Position numbers and translations under genes: made by a program
The notes under the pieces: model-generated
The model's database searches: none
The model's input: the letters and a program-made list of their open reading frames with translations, nothing else
What the model was told of the DNA's origin: nothing
Origin: Octopus sinensis
Lineage: Eukaryota
DNA: 64,000 bases
Assembly: GCF_006345805.1 (NCBI RefSeq)
Contig: NC_043003.1
Coordinates: 40,052,001 to 40,116,000 of the forward strand
Direction of reading: 5' to 3'
Shown here: piece by piece, positions 61,011 through 64,000 of the stretch
Position numbering within the stretch: position 1 is the first letter of the stretch
How the letters are laid out: every line of letters begins with the position of its first letter

Positions 61011-62474
61011 ATTATTATTGAGTGAGAGAGCAGTGCACGCCATTAGAGTGACAGGGGATAAAATATATGAAGCCCAGTATACTCTCATGAGTACCATTTT
61101 TATAAGGGTGCATCAGGCACATGCATCACAACCATATGTGCACAACATGGTGATCTCATACCAAGATAAGCAGCTCATAACCTTGCAGGTGGAGCCCAGT
61201 TAGAATTTTCTTCAGGTTGAGTAGCTCGTCGCACTGAAAAGGTCCCTGAATAAGGGTTAAGGATGTTGAACAAAACACCCAGGTTTCCAGAGGTGAATTA
61301 TTCAAACCTCAAGGAATTCCTCTCAACACATGGCTATGATGCTCTTCCACTACTTCTGCTCATGATCAGCGATACACATATCGTCAGCCACTAAGGTACA
61401 TGCTCAACTGGTTAAGATCAAACAACTGACAAGCAAATGTGTGGTATTGAGCAGAATATTTGCTGTAACCCATCTGTTATATCAAGAAAAAACAATGTAC
61501 ATGATAACACTTGCAATCAGTTAAGTTCAGAAGCCATGAGAGCCACTGTCTGGTACTGCATCAGGGCATTTATTATTATTATTTATTATTATCATTGTAA
61601 CATTTAGGCAGAATCTTTAGGGTGCCTAATCAAATTTGCAGCAGCATTTTTTCTGTCTTTCTATGTTCTGAGTTGACTTTGTTTTTCATCTTTGTGAAGG
61701 TCAATAAAATAATTACCAGCTGAACACTAGGGTCGATGTAATTGACCAGTCTTCTCCCACTGGATTTCAGGCCTTGTGACCATAATAGGAAGGGGTGGTA
61801 ATATAAAACGGGTAGAATATTTGGTTCAATGGCAATCTTGAGGCAGAAGTAGCTTGTAGAAATAATTACAATACGATCAGGTGATGTGATACAATATTTG
61901 AAATGAACATTCTAATGTATATAGGTGCCACTGTGTGTATATAATTATATGCACTGACTGGGAATTTAAAGTTGCAGAATTTTAGCTTGGCTGTAGCTAT
62001 TGCATTGCCTTCATCCAAGTGTCCTATAACTCCATTCACCTGAGAAATAAATACTTCTGTCTGTGAGAATAGAAACACTGAGGTGGGTTATGTTGTGTCA
62101 TTTAGTATTATTTATATCCAGCTTGTCAATCACAGCTACAAACTGCTGGTTAGTTTAAATACTGACCTTCCATGTCATGTATATGCTTTAGTTGTCACTT
62201 TCCTGTCACAGTAGAGAGAGGTTATTGACACCATCTAGAATATGGTATGCTTTTTGTTTTATGTTTATATTTTGTCAAAATGACAGCAATTGCTAAATAT
62301 CCATTTCTGTATTTTTAAAAATTATTTTTGCATCTATGTATTACAGGATATCTTTTACTCTTCTGTTTTTGTGCTTTACTAGTGCCAAGTCAGAGAGAGG
62401 TAGTTACAGATTATATCTAATAATCATTAACATTAGCAGAGTCACCTTCATTGTTTATATATAGCAGTTAAGAA

Positions 62475-62760
62475 TCATCATCTTTATTTAACATCATGCT
62501 GGCATGGGTTGGATGGATAGGAGGTGGCAAGTCAAAAGACTGTACTAAAGTCCACCATCTGCTTTGGCATGGCTTCTGTGGCTGGATGCTCTTCCTAACA
62601 CCAACCCCTTTACTGACTACTGGATGCTTTTTTACAAGGCACCAAGTAACTTGCAAGACAAGACCCCTCTCAACTGAAGTGGGGAATAGTGTTGAGGGAG
62701 GTGGCTTTGTGTCAGATGGTGAGAAGAGTTTGAAAACAAGGAAAGAAATAGGTGTCTTGC
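62475..62760 (-). mobile_element. Degenerate family D repeat
   Basis: ATCATCATC..TTTAAC start and GCTGGATGCTCTTCCTAACACCAACC block. Confidence 0.65.
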
Positions 62761-64000
62761 AGTAGAGAAGACATGTGATTACCGCAGTTGGAGAGAGCAA
62801 GAGAAAGTGCAAGGGAGAGAGAGAGACATATAAGATGTAGGGGAGGGCATACAAGCAAATTATGTGGGGGTGTACAGGGATTGGATAGTGTATGTTGACA
62901 ACATAAGGGGGTATGTAATGACTGGGCACAGATTGAGGGAAGTGGATGTTCGAAAGTGGGATGCTGAAGAGTGGTTTGTCAACCAGATTGTGTGGGGTGG
63001 GGTGACACACATACACATAAAGCAACTGTCCCAGCTTCAAAAATGGCGAAATGTTTCAGCCATGAAACCCTCGATAGCTTGTGGTTTTCATAATAATGTT
63101 AGCTTTACTCTCTTAGCTGATCAAGTGCTATTCTACTTGCTGAAGCCTTACCACATAATTTATATATGTCTACTATAATAATACTCTTGTGTTTTTCTCT
63201 ATCACAACATATGAATGAGAAAGGAAAATGAATAAGGAAGGAAGGGGTGATGGTAAACTGGTAGTGGAAGTGTTTCAACTCTGTGTGAGTATGTGTGTGT
63301 GTGCAATGGAAGTGGGATGGTGAGCATTCAACGTTGAAAATAAAAATCAAACAGTGTTTCAACTCTGTGAGTATATGTATGTATATGTACAAGGGAAGTA
63401 TGTGGATGTATGTGTGAACCAGCGTTCTTTCAGTAACAAATGATGATCGATGTCGCATCTCAAAAGACAACCACTAGGTAACTTTACCATCCATATTTAT
63501 ATATAAAAATACTACAATTAGCCATCCTTTTTGACAGCACAGGGCCAGCTAGTATATATATATATACATATATAATTCACGAGCAAGCATGGGTGTATAC
63601 TCTCAAATGTTTGCTTTGTGACCATAAATGTCTTGTAACTTTGGGTTAATCAAAGACCTGTGATTGAAATCTGGTTGATGAAAGTTGTGCAAAAGCTTGT
63701 CAAATGTGTAACAGATGACGGGATTGGTGCACCTGAACAAATATGCTTTCATGTATTTGATTCTGTATCAATTACATTTATATTCAAATTGATTCTCTCC
63801 TTTTCCTCTTATAAGTTTGTTAAAAATAAGTACTACTTGAATTATTGGGATTGATATAATTGTGGTCTTGTATTATTCCAAAATAGTTGAAGTTTTATGG
63901 CTATCCTGTAGAACACCCACCCATATAATTCACACAGATATATGTATATATTTATACTGGGTCTGTTTTTTTTTTTTCATGTTTTGATTCTGTTTTTTTT

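Overview
AT-rich, microsatellite- and SINE-dense eukaryotic DNA. The repeat families look like those of an octopus/coleoid cephalopod; this is inferred from sequence resemblance, not from a search. (1) About 0.2-19.6 kb is a rearranged tandem array of tRNA-Gly genes. It has 7 intact GCC copies, one well-folded anticodon-shifted CCC copy, 3 degenerate full-length copies and 3 broken pieces, in diverged 1-3 kb spacer units with duplications, inversions and a telomere-repeat-bearing foldback element. (2) About 19.6-40 kb is a nest of mobile elements: tRNA-headed SINEs, RTE, R4/Dong-like and CR1/L2-like LINE fragments, mariner/maT remnants, MITEs and a non-autonomous Helitron. Two elements stand out. 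One is an apparently complete 2.24-kb ORF1-only L1/Tx1-type retroelement (intact 399-aa zinc-knuckle ORF, 200-bp 5' monomers, 16-bp TSD) inserted in the tRNA-like head of a SINE. The other is a tRNA-headed element with a hammerhead-ribozyme-like, Penelope-type tail. (3) The only clear host protein gene is an SRSF7/SRSF3-family splicing factor with an intronless CDS at 41214-41942. (4) 42-64 kb is non-coding, with simple repeats and old SINE/LINE copies. Coordinates were counted by hand; degenerate repeat boundaries are approximate.
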